Virus record (IMG/VR): IMGVR_UViG_3300042352_000969 | Span: 19,092-83,091 of that record | From: a virus | Lineage: Duplodnaviria > Caudoviricetes | Length of the DNA stretch: 64,000 nucleotides | Reading direction: 5' to 3' (one strand) | In this document: in pieces, positions 8,302-17,381 of the stretch | Numbering within the stretch: the first letter of the stretch is position 1 | Layout: the number at the start of each line of letters is the position of its first letter | The notes under the pieces: model-generated | The model's input: only the letters and a program-made list of their open reading frames with translations | Told to the model about the DNA's origin: nothing | Database searches by the model: none | Program-made: the position numbers and the translations under genes

Positions 8302-11300
8302 ATGGCCGTTCAAATCAATGTCGCCGCCAATCAAGCAGCATTAACAGCTTCTATTCAAGCTGGTGTTCAAGCGTACAATCAAAGATTCGCTCAGAACAAT
8401 CCGATTAATTTAAGTATTAATCAACGAGCTTTCTCTCAGCCGCTTGGAAGAATGACTGGTGACGTTAAGGATTTTGAAGCGGCCCTTGCTGCTTCTAATG
8501 CTCGCGTTATTGCGTTCGGAGCTTCGACTGCCGTTCTTGGCGGTGTTATTCGTAGTTTTAAAGAATTAGCTAATGTTACTATCGATGTTGAAAAGAATCT
8601 TGCTGATATTAATCGTGTATTCGGATTAACTACTAGTCAATTACAAAAATTTAGTACAGATTTATTTAGTGTTGGTAAACAAACGGCTTCTTCATTTGAT
8701 GATGCATCTAAAGCTGCTCTTGAATTCTCTCGTCAAGGTTTAAAAGCTGAAGAAGTTTTGATAAGAACAAAAGACGCATTAACTTTAGCAAGAGTCGCTG
8801 GAATTAGTACTGCAAATTCTGTTGATGCTTTAACTTCTACTATAAACGGTTTTGCTGCAACTGGAGTAACAACGACTCAAATATTAAACAAGCTTGTAGC
8901 TGTCGAACAAGATTTCGCAGTTGGCGCAGGAGACTTGGCTGAAGCGTTATCTCGTACAGGTCAAGCGGCGCAAGAAGCGGGAGTTAGCTTGGATCAATTA
9001 AATGCATTGGTAACAGCCGCTCAACAAAGTACAGCAAGAGGCGGCGCAGTTATTGGTAACGCATTAAAAACAATTTTTACTCGTTTACAACGTACAGAAA
9101 CTCTTGACCAATTAGAAGCTTTCAATATAGCTGTAAGAGATGTACAGGGAAATACTTTACCAGCAGTCTCTATTCTACAAAATTTTGCAGGTGCTTATAA
9201 AGGTTTAGCTGACGCTCAAAGAGCGCAGTTATCTGAACAAGTCGCTGGTGTTTATCAGGTTAACATTCTTAAAGCTATTGTAGGTGATTTGAATAAATCT
9301 CAAGGCGTGTATGCTGGAGCTTTACAAAGAGGCGCATCAGCAACAAATGAAGCTGAAGTCGCTACTGCAAAACTAAATCAAACTCTCGACGCTTTATTAA
9401 AGCAAACCGCCACTTCTACACAACAACTAGCAAATAATATTGGTAAAGTAACATTTGAACCATTGGCTAGATATGGTACAGAACAATTGAAATCACTTGT
9501 CGAAAGTATGAACGAAATTCTTGAAGGAGAAGGAGTTGGTTCTACTTTTGCTAATGGTTTATTAAAAGGAATTAGAAACGTAATAGCTGGTCCCGGCGCT
9601 ATTGCCGCTTTCTTTACGCTTTTCAAGTTAATACAAAACTCTTTCACTTATCTTGCTCAGGCTTTGCCTCAGATCGCTGGTATCACGACAGAAACTCAAA
9701 ATAGAAAAAACATTGAACAATCTATTTTGCAAATCATGCAGCAACAAGGGCCGGTATCGCAAGCTCTTGCTGGCTCTATGGGCAATCAAGCTGCACAAGC
9801 TCAGTTGCTGCTTCAATTAGCAAGACAGCAAACAGCAGAATATCAAATACAGTCAACTCTTGCAAAACAATTAGCCACTCAATTAGCCGGTCAAGGTGTG
9901 CGAGTAAAAGGATCTGGCGGTTTGCAGGTCACTCGCGCAGGAGGTTATATTCCTGCTGCAACAAGAATGGCTGAAACAGTTGGCGCACAAGCTGGTGGTT
10001 ATGCTCCCGGTAAAGTGGTGAAATCTCCTGTTGGTGGAGTAATGAATACTGCGGAAGATGTTAAATACGTTCCCGGTTTCGCTCAACCTTTTATTAATCC
10101 TCCTGCTGGATCAAAAGCTGGCCGCACACATAGACAAAATGCTATAAGTAGAACGGGTGTTGATCCGTATACGGCTGGTGGATTTATACCTAATTTTGCA
10201 AAATTAGATAAAAGAGATTATAGTTTTCAGAGGCCAAATGGAGGCGGTGTTGACAAAAAACAAAGAGCTTACAGTAATCATGCTATACAGATAAGAGAAA
10301 TGAGTTCATCGGATCTTGGTGCTGAAAAAAATTTAGATTTAGTAGGAAAAAATTTAGATTCTGGTTTTGACAATAAAACTAAAAAACCAAATGCTGTCTA
10401 TGATTGGATTTCTGGAAAAATAGATGTTATAAAATATTTGCAAAAAAAAGATGTTGATTCAGCCGTGTCTGCTATGTGGTTTGGTTCGATTCAAGGGGAC
10501 CAAAATTTAATTAAAACAGGTCAAAGTATTGGTTTAACAGATGCTGATTTAGAGGCAGTTTTTAAGACAACTACATCTAAAGTTGGATTTACGTTAAAAG
10601 ACTTACAAAAGAAATATGAACTATCACAAAATGAAGAAGCCGCTAAAAACAATAAGCTTTTTAAATATAAAAGTGGCTCTAAAAAGGGTGAATTAATTAC
10701 AACTTCGGAAGGTTTTAAAAGCTCTTTAAATGGAGATTATCAAAATTTTGTCGGAGACGCTTATGAAAAATTAATTTCAAAACTTCCAGGAATATCTGGA
10801 GCGTATACAATAAGTGACAAATCAACGTCAGCCGCAGACTTAATACCAACGGGGCCGAATGCTATTCAAGGTATTGAAGTTAAAGCAGGTGAGGCGTATT
10901 TAAGTCAGTTGATTAAAAAAGCAGTTAGAATAAATATTAATGGCAGAGCGGAAGATGTGGCGCAAAAAGATTTAGACTTTGGAACTCTTCCTGTTTATCA
11001 ACCATTTGGAAGCGAAATCGGAGCTTCTGCTAATGGTTTTATTCCTAATTTTGCTACACCAATGAGTACCGCAAGTATTCCTTGGTTCAAAAAATATTCC
11101 AGTAAATATAAAAACACTACTGGTGATACAGACCTTTTCAAGATGGGAGATTTTCCTACTTATGGAAGAGGTTTAGATCACGAATATGCAAAAAAAGGAA
11201 ATTCCGCTATGCTTTCTTACTTACATGAAGATTTTGTAAGATCTGCATTGAATATAGCTTTAGCTTCAAAAAAAGTAATAAGACCCGCAGATGTTGGGTT

Positions 11301-14300
11301 TAAAGATAAACCTGTAAGTGATATATCAAATGAGAATGATTTTGATTTATTATATAGAATAGCTGATGGTTCATACGATCTGATTGAGTTGAAACAAGAT
11401 TTCAAAAATATTTCTGGATCTGTTACTGGATTCATGAATAAAAAACTTGAGAACGCTAAAAAAGAAAATCCAGAATTAGTTAAAAAAGTCCGTTCGATGA
11501 TTGCTGTTTCAAACAGACCAAAATTTACTGATCCTACTGGTAGAAATGCTGGTGCAAATTTCAGTGAATTTGAAATGGCCGCCGCATCAATTGTTAAAGA
11601 TAAGTATTCGAATGTTGATCCATCAACAAGCGCAAAACTCACAAAAGTTACAGATGGTTTATTAAGAAGATACGAAGCCAAGAAAAATACTACATCTGAT
11701 GGTTTTATTCCTAATTTTGCTTCAATGATATCTTCTTCTATAAAAGGAAAAGGAAATATATCAGCCATAAAAACTGGCAAAAATAATTATGAAATCGAAG
11801 GCGTTGAAGTTGGTAAAAAGTTTAGAGGTCAAGGATTAGGTTCTCAATTATATGGAAGCATTGCTCAAAAAATTGGTTCCGGCAGTACTATTAAATCTGT
11901 ATTATTACCACAAGAACAAGCTTTAGCAGATTACGCGAGCGGCAAATCTATTCCTGCAAAAGCTATTTTTCCTCAATTATCTTGGGCAAAAATGGCTAAG
12001 AGTTCTAAGCTTTTAATCAATGGTAAGGAGATTGCAATGTCTGATTTTGAAAACGGAATAGCTGGTCACAAATACAATGCCGCAAAATTAGATATGGCAT
12101 TGATTGAATTAGTTAATTCTCATGCTTCAGGGTTTATTCCTAACTTTGCGTATAAACAAGCAGTAATGGGATTAGAAGAAAGCATGAGCGGAGAAAAAGC
12201 CGTATTCGATAGTAAACCTTTCCCACACATTAGAAACAAGAGTCAGCCAACATTCAGTTCCGCAATATCTGATCATGGTGGTTTAAGTAATGCTTTGAGT
12301 GATTCAATGAGAGGGCAGAAGTCTGCTGGATTGATGAATAAAGGATATATTCCAAATTTTGCTAAAGGAAATAAAGGTAAAAAAAATCAACCTCGAAATA
12401 CTCAATCAAGCTCCAATGCTGTTGAAGTAGAAAGTTATATTGAAAATTACGCTAAAGAAGCTCTAAGAGATATTAAAGGCACTTATAAATCGACAATTGA
12501 TAAAATAAAATTAATGTTTTCTAAGGTTGATTCATCAGTATCAAGTGTTGGAATAGATGCAGTAAAAAGTTTAAGAGAACAAACTTTTAAGCAAAGCAGA
12601 AATGCACCTGAAAAAAATACACCAAAATCGACATTTTCAGAAAATTTGTCGAAAGCTAGTACAGCTATAGCTATTGCTGGACCAACGTTGGCTGGATTTG
12701 CGGAGCAAGCTATGTATGGTAATAGAAAACGTACAGAGATGACTTCTGGAGAAAGAATGGGTCAGTCAGCTTTAAGCACTGGTTTAAGTTCTTTATCTAC
12801 AGGCGCTGGTATTGGAGCTTCATTTGGTTTGCCTGGAGCAATTATTGGAGGAGCTATAGGAGGTTTAGTTGGTTTAACTTCAGCTCTGAATGCAACAATT
12901 TTAACTGCTGAAGAACTTGCGCAATTAAATGATGAGCAAGCACAAAAGTCGCAAGCTAGTATATCTGCTGCATCATCTTATATTGAAGCTCAAAAATCTT
13001 TATCAGAGATGATTGTGAATGGTGCATCTTCAAATGATATCGAAAATGCTACTAAAAAATTATCTTCAGGATTTAATGAGATTGCTGATGTTAAATTACA
13101 AGAAATATTTAACTCGACAGGAGGAAATATTGCAGAAATGACAAAACAATTACAAGAATATACAAATGAAGCGACCTCTCGACAAGCATTTAAAAAAGCC
13201 ATAACATCAAAAGGAACTGCTGAAGATTTAGCAAAAAATTTATCAATAGGATTAAATACAAAAGAAAAAAAACAAACATTTAGTTCTTTTTTAGCAGAAA
13301 TTTCTATACAAAAAGAGTTAGAAAAAGCTTCTTTAGAGGGTTACCAATACGATGAACAAACTTTATCGGCTCGTTTAAAGAATAATAAAGAAATTAAAAA
13401 AGCTCTTGATGCCGTTTTGTTGTCTCAAGGAGTAACAAAAGAAAGTGAAAATTATGCTTCAGAATTTTCTGCGGCTATAGAATCATTTTTATCTAAAACT
13501 TTTGAAAAAGCTGAGTCTTTAATCAATAAATCTGATGTAGGCTCTAATGTGCAGAAAAATATAAATGATTTTAGACAAGCAGCTACTAAATCTTTTGGAG
13601 AAATTTTTAGAAAAATAGAAAGAGATTTAAATAAAAATCTTTTTGACATAGCTTTGTCTTTTGAGAAAGATTCAAGCACTAGAAGAATACAATCTTCTAT
13701 TCTTGATTTTTCAACAAACTTTCAAGATAGTATAAATTCTTTTGTATCTAGTAACCTTCCAGACATTAGAAAATTTGATTTTGCCGCCGTAACCGCTGGT
13801 CAAAAAGCTCAAATGTTATTGCAAAAATCTCAACAAGATTATGACAAAGCTGTTGCAGAACAAGACAATGAAAAATCAAATTTTTCAACAAAAACCGCAC
13901 AAGAACTTAGTGGATCTTTTAAATCTACTCTTTCAAATTCACAAGTAAACGCTGAATTTTATAAAAATAAAGTTTTGCCTCAAATTCAAAGCGGAAATTA
14001 TAGTGGAGATGTAAGTGGCATTATTAGCGGTTTAAAAGAAGCTCAATTGGCTAAAGTTAAAGAAACAAGATCTTCTGCTGAAGAAGCTTTAGGTAAACAA
14101 GGTTTTAATTTTGGAAGCTCTGAAGAAATAAAAAAGACGTTAGGGGATTTAGCGAAGATTTTAGAAAATCCTGCTCTTTCAGAAGAAAAAAAATCAAAAA
14201 TTATTGCATATCAACAAGAATTAATAAATCTTCAAGAAACCACTTTAAAATTCGCCAATCAAGCTGAAAAAGATAAGTTATCCGCTATTTTAACAGAAAA

Positions 14301-16461
14301 AGCTGAAGCTCAAACTTTATTTGAACAAAAACAAACCAACGCTAAAAAAGAATTAGAAATAAACAAACAATTAAACGAAGCAAGAATAGCTGTAGATAAA
14401 GATATAGCTATTGAAAAAGCTAAGGTTGACAAGCAAATATTAATGCGCATGGAAAGTATGAAAGACGTTTCAGCGCAAATTGGTAACACTCTTGAAATAA
14501 GCAAAGCAAATATAAATGCTTCCATCGCTGCTCTACAATCGAATCTTGAAGATTCAAGACAAAATTATGGAAAAGGTTCTTCACAAATTTTAGAAAGAAA
14601 GATTGATATACAGGATAGTATTCTTAAACAACAAAGAGAATTAGAAGATCAAACAATAAAATCAGAAATTCAACAAAGAATATTGCAAATAGCCGTAGAA
14701 CAAGAAAATACTGCCGCGACTTTGGAATTGAATAAAACAATAATGACGTTGGTTGAATCTCAATTAAGAGGAGCGTTAGGCGGTTCACAAAAAATAGAAG
14801 AAATAAATGCTACTGCTAAAAGAATGGGATCTTTTGCTTCAGCTAATATTGATAAAAAATATGGCCCTGGAACATACGCTCAATATCAAGCTCTTCAACG
14901 CATACAAGAATCCCGAACTGCATCTGCTTCAATTAATAGTAATTATAATACTAGCAATTTTGCGGCAAATATGGAAACCGCAGGTTTTAACAAAACCGAT
15001 GAAAACGGTAACTTAATGATGTCTACACAAGAGCAAATTAATTTCTTATCAAAAGAAGAATTAAAAGCTAAAAAAGCTAATAATATAGTTCTAGAAGGAA
15101 CCATTAAACGCTATAAAGAAGAAATAAGAGTAAAAGAAAGATCTTTATCAATCACAAGAGATCAACTTGATAAATCAATTGCCTTAAAAAATGAAGAAAG
15201 TAGAGCGATGGTTACTTTTGGTGGAAGATTATCTGCTGGTTTTGGTAAACTAAGCGATCAAGCCGATAATATAATTCATAACTTGGCGGAAGAGTTGCCT
15301 ATGAAGTTTGCTGATAATATGTCTAGCGCACTAATGGAAGTAGCGAAAGGAACAAAGTCTATTGGTGACGCTTTCCAAGACATGGCTATAAACTTTGGTC
15401 AAATGATTATGCAAGAAGTTATGAGAGCGGCTATAGCTAAAACATTAGGTAATATAGGAATTGGATCTTTATTCGGTCAAGCTGGAGGAAACGTTTCTGC
15501 AAGAGGAATTGGTTATCAGCATGGAGGAGTAATCAGAGCTAATAACGGTCAATATGTAAGCGGAATGGGTTCTGGAGATAGATATCCAGCAATGCTTGAA
15601 AATGGTGAATATGTTTTAAATAGAAAAGCAGTAAAAGAATTAGGTGGTAAAAAATCTTTAGATGCATTTAATTTTCAACAAGCTCCTCGTTTCGCTTCTG
15701 GTGGCAATGTTAATATGGAAGCTGAAATGGCTTTGAACAAAGATCAAGAAATGGATTATACAAAAAATCTATTATACAATAATTCTAACGTTGGAGCTAT
15801 AAATGAAAACGATTATACTGCTTATGCATATTCTGAAAATGATTATTTCAAGAAAATGAGAGAAAAGGCAATAGCAAATGAGCAAAAACGTGTTCAAGAA
15901 GCTTTCGCTAAAAAACAAAAAAATGCTCAGTTGATTAGTAGCATAGTTGGAGCAGCGGGATCTATGTTTTTAGCTGCTGGAATGAGTGGAATGGCAAAAG
16001 CAGCAGGACCAACCAAACCTCCGGTTCCAATTTCAAAATTTCAAACCGCAGGATTTGCTCAAAGAGGTGGAATGATAGGATTTAATTCAGGTGGATTTGT
16101 TCCTCATGGATCTAGATTATCAGATACTATTCCAGCTTTATTAACTGGCGGCGAATATGTAATGAATAATGCGGCAGTTAGAAAATATGGATTGGGCGAA
16201 ATGAATGCCATGAATGCTGGCGCAGTATCTAATAATAGCAATTCGAACGCTACAAATACAAATAATAACACTAACAATAACGCTACAAATATTTCTATCA
16301 ACATTGATAGATCTGGTAAAGCTACTTATGGTTCTGATACAAGTAGTTATGAAAAGAATGACATTGCATTCTCTAAACAAATGGCAAAGCGTGTTGCTGA
16401 TATAGCTAAAGGCGTAATTTCAGACGAAACAAGATACGGTGGTAAAATAAATCAAAGATAA
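8302..16461 (+). CDS. Tail tape measure protein (TP901-type core) with embedded enzyme-like cassettes
   Basis: N-terminal TMP core (LAEALSRTGQAAQEAGVSLDQL...VIGNALKTIFTRL), long coiled coils, C-terminal GG...SDTIPALLTGGEYV motifs. Lies between the chaperones and the tail-tip genes. Confidence 0.9.
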   Translation: MAVQINVAANQAALTASIQAGVQAYNQRFAQNNPINLSINQRAFSQPLGRMTGDVKDFEAALAASNARVIAFGASTAVLGGVIRSFKELANVTIDVEKNLADINRVFGLTTSQLQKFSTDLFSVGKQTASSFDDASKAALEFSRQGLKAEEVLIRTKDALTLARVAGISTANSVDALTSTINGFAATGVTTTQILNKLVAVEQDFAVGAGDLAEALSRTGQAAQEAGVSLDQLNALVTAAQQSTARGGAVIGNALKTIFTRLQRTETLDQLEAFNIAVRDVQGNTLPAVSILQNFAGAYKGLADAQRAQLSEQVAGVYQVNILKAIVGDLNKSQGVYAGALQRGASATNEAEVATAKLNQTLDALLKQTATSTQQLANNIGKVTFEPLARYGTEQLKSLVESMNEILEGEGVGSTFANGLLKGIRNVIAGPGAIAAFFTLFKLIQNSFTYLAQALPQIAGITTETQNRKNIEQSILQIMQQQGPVSQALAGSMGNQAAQAQLLLQLARQQTAEYQIQSTLAKQLATQLAGQGVRVKGSGGLQVTRAGGYIPAATRMAETVGAQAGGYAPGKVVKSPVGGVMNTAEDVKYVPGFAQPFINPPAGSKAGRTHRQNAISRTGVDPYTAGGFIPNFAKLDKRDYSFQRPNGGGVDKKQRAYSNHAIQIREMSSSDLGAEKNLDLVGKNLDSGFDNKTKKPNAVYDWISGKIDVIKYLQKKDVDSAVSAMWFGSIQGDQNLIKTGQSIGLTDADLEAVFKTTTSKVGFTLKDLQKKYELSQNEEAAKNNKLFKYKSGSKKGELITTSEGFKSSLNGDYQNFVGDAYEKLISKLPGISGAYTISDKSTSAADLIPTGPNAIQGIEVKAGEAYLSQLIKKAVRININGRAEDVAQKDLDFGTLPVYQPFGSEIGASANGFIPNFATPMSTASIPWFKKYSSKYKNTTGDTDLFKMGDFPTYGRGLDHEYAKKGNSAMLSYLHEDFVRSALNIALASKKVIRPADVGFKDKPVSDISNENDFDLLYRIADGSYDLIELKQDFKNISGSVTGFMNKKLENAKKENPELVKKVRSMIAVSNRPKFTDPTGRNAGANFSEFEMAAASIVKDKYSNVDPSTSAKLTKVTDGLLRRYEAKKNTTSDGFIPNFASMISSSIKGKGNISAIKTGKNNYEIEGVEVGKKFRGQGLGSQLYGSIAQKIGSGSTIKSVLLPQEQALADYASGKSIPAKAIFPQLSWAKMAKSSKLLINGKEIAMSDFENGIAGHKYNAAKLDMALIELVNSHASGFIPNFAYKQAVMGLEESMSGEKAVFDSKPFPHIRNKSQPTFSSAISDHGGLSNALSDSMRGQKSAGLMNKGYIPNFAKGNKGKKNQPRNTQSSSNAVEVESYIENYAKEALRDIKGTYKSTIDKIKLMFSKVDSSVSSVGIDAVKSLREQTFKQSRNAPEKNTPKSTFSENLSKASTAIAIAGPTLAGFAEQAMYGNRKRTEMTSGERMGQSALSTGLSSLSTGAGIGASFGLPGAIIGGAIGGLVGLTSALNATILTAEELAQLNDEQAQKSQASISAASSYIEAQKSLSEMIVNGASSNDIENATKKLSSGFNEIADVKLQEIFNSTGGNIAEMTKQLQEYTNEATSRQAFKKAITSKGTAEDLAKNLSIGLNTKEKKQTFSSFLAEISIQKELEKASLEGYQYDEQTLSARLKNNKEIKKALDAVLLSQGVTKESENYASEFSAAIESFLSKTFEKAESLINKSDVGSNVQKNINDFRQAATKSFGEIFRKIERDLNKNLFDIALSFEKDSSTRRIQSSILDFSTNFQDSINSFVSSNLPDIRKFDFAAVTAGQKAQMLLQKSQQDYDKAVAEQDNEKSNFSTKTAQELSGSFKSTLSNSQVNAEFYKNKVLPQIQSGNYSGDVSGIISGLKEAQLAKVKETRSSAEEALGKQGFNFGSSEEIKKTLGDLAKILENPALSEEKKSKIIAYQQELINLQETTLKFANQAEKDKLSAILTEKAEAQTLFEQKQTNAKKELEINKQLNEARIAVDKDIAIEKAKVDKQILMRMESMKDVSAQIGNTLEISKANINASIAALQSNLEDSRQNYGKGSSQILERKIDIQDSILKQQRELEDQTIKSEIQQRILQIAVEQENTAATLELNKTIMTLVESQLRGALGGSQKIEEINATAKRMGSFASANIDKKYGPGTYAQYQALQRIQESRTASASINSNYNTSNFAANMETAGFNKTDENGNLMMSTQEQINFLSKEELKAKKANNIVLEGTIKRYKEEIRVKERSLSITRDQLDKSIALKNEESRAMVTFGGRLSAGFGKLSDQADNIIHNLAEELPMKFADNMSSALMEVAKGTKSIGDAFQDMAINFGQMIMQEVMRAAIAKTLGNIGIGSLFGQAGGNVSARGIGYQHGGVIRANNGQYVSGMGSGDRYPAMLENGEYVLNRKAVKELGGKKSLDAFNFQQAPRFASGGNVNMEAEMALNKDQEMDYTKNLLYNNSNVGAINENDYTAYAYSENDYFKKMREKAIANEQKRVQEAFAKKQKNAQLISSIVGAAGSMFLAAGMSGMAKAAGPTKPPVPISKFQTAGFAQRGGMIGFNSGGFVPHGSRLSDTIPALLTGGEYVMNNAAVRKYGLGEMNAMNAGAVSNNSNSNATNTNNNTNNNATNISINIDRSGKATYGSDTSSYEKNDIAFSKQMAKRVADIAKGVISDETRYGGKINQR
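10177..12363 (+). repeat. Five dispersed G(F/Y)IPNFA peptide repeats inside the TMP
   Basis: The G of the motif is at 10180, 11035, 11701, 12130 and 12343 (aa 627, 912, 1134, 1277, 1348). Copies 2 and 3 share 23 identical nt (atggttttattcctaattttgct). Confidence 0.95.
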
Positions 16462-16468
16462 TTAAAAC

Positions 16469-17380
16469 ATGAAAGGCGCGATTACAAATTATGAAAACAC
16501 ACTATTCATGGATGGTGTTGCTTTATCTGGGGTTATATCTTTTGATGGATCTTATAATGTAGAAACTGTACCTATTAATGTTATAGGAAAAGGATTTTGC
16601 AAACAAGTGGTTTCGCAAGTTCCATCAGCTTCGGTTTCTATAACAAGATATCTTGTTAATAATGATCCTGTATTTGGTTTAACTGGAGATAGCGATAATT
16701 ATACAGCTTCATTTATAAATGGAGGTTTAACATATCAAGGTAAAAATTTTGGTTTTACAAATGGTTATTTATCTTCTTTTGGAATATCATGTAGTGTTGG
16801 AGAAGTGCCTCAAATACAATCTTCTTTTCAAATATTTGGAAACATGGGTCCATCTATTGATCCATCTGGAAATAATATATCTTCAGCAGCATTTGTGCCG
16901 CAAGTTAAAAATATATCAGTAACATGTAATAATTCTAGTACTAATAGAGTAAAAGATTTTAGTATTGATTTTACTTGTAAGAAAAACGCTATTTATGGAT
17001 TAAGCGCTTCAAACGCTCAATTTCCTATTGAAGTTCAAAATATTTTTCCAATAGAAGTTGGCGGATCTTTTACATTAGAAGTGGACGATTATCAAACTAA
17101 AAATATATTTGATATTCTAAGTTCTGAAAGTTTAAATAGTTTTATTATAGATGTTAGAGGCACTGTATTGATTGATCAATTTTTAGTTACTTTTGATGAT
17201 TTAGAATTGGTAACTAGCGATACGAATGAATCTTTTGATGTATATAGAAAATTAGAAGATTCTATACCAATCTTTAATTTTAACACTTCTAATGCTATAA
17301 TAATAGCCGAGCAAATTAATTCGACAGCAGATGACTTATTGAGTGTAAAACTATCGTATAGAACATATTTAAATAACTAA
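16469..17380 (+). CDS. Post-TMP tail protein (distal-tail / tail-tube-like fold)
   Basis: NGYLSSFGISCSVGEVPQIQSSF resembles NGFVSEYSFEASVGAIPTASV of the 3154-4488 protein. Confidence 0.45.
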   Translation: MKGAITNYENTLFMDGVALSGVISFDGSYNVETVPINVIGKGFCKQVVSQVPSASVSITRYLVNNDPVFGLTGDSDNYTASFINGGLTYQGKNFGFTNGYLSSFGISCSVGEVPQIQSSFQIFGNMGPSIDPSGNNISSAAFVPQVKNISVTCNNSSTNRVKDFSIDFTCKKNAIYGLSASNAQFPIEVQNIFPIEVGGSFTLEVDDYQTKNIFDILSSESLNSFIIDVRGTVLIDQFLVTFDDLELVTSDTNESFDVYRKLEDSIPIFNFNTSNAIIIAEQINSTADDLLSVKLSYRTYLNN

Positions 17381-17381
17381 T

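Noticed and set aside
9378-16405. Short ORFs overlapping the TMP in other frames or on the opposite strand
   Set aside because: They are fully nested in a well-supported gene and have no motifs; none looks like an immunity gene for the cassettes.
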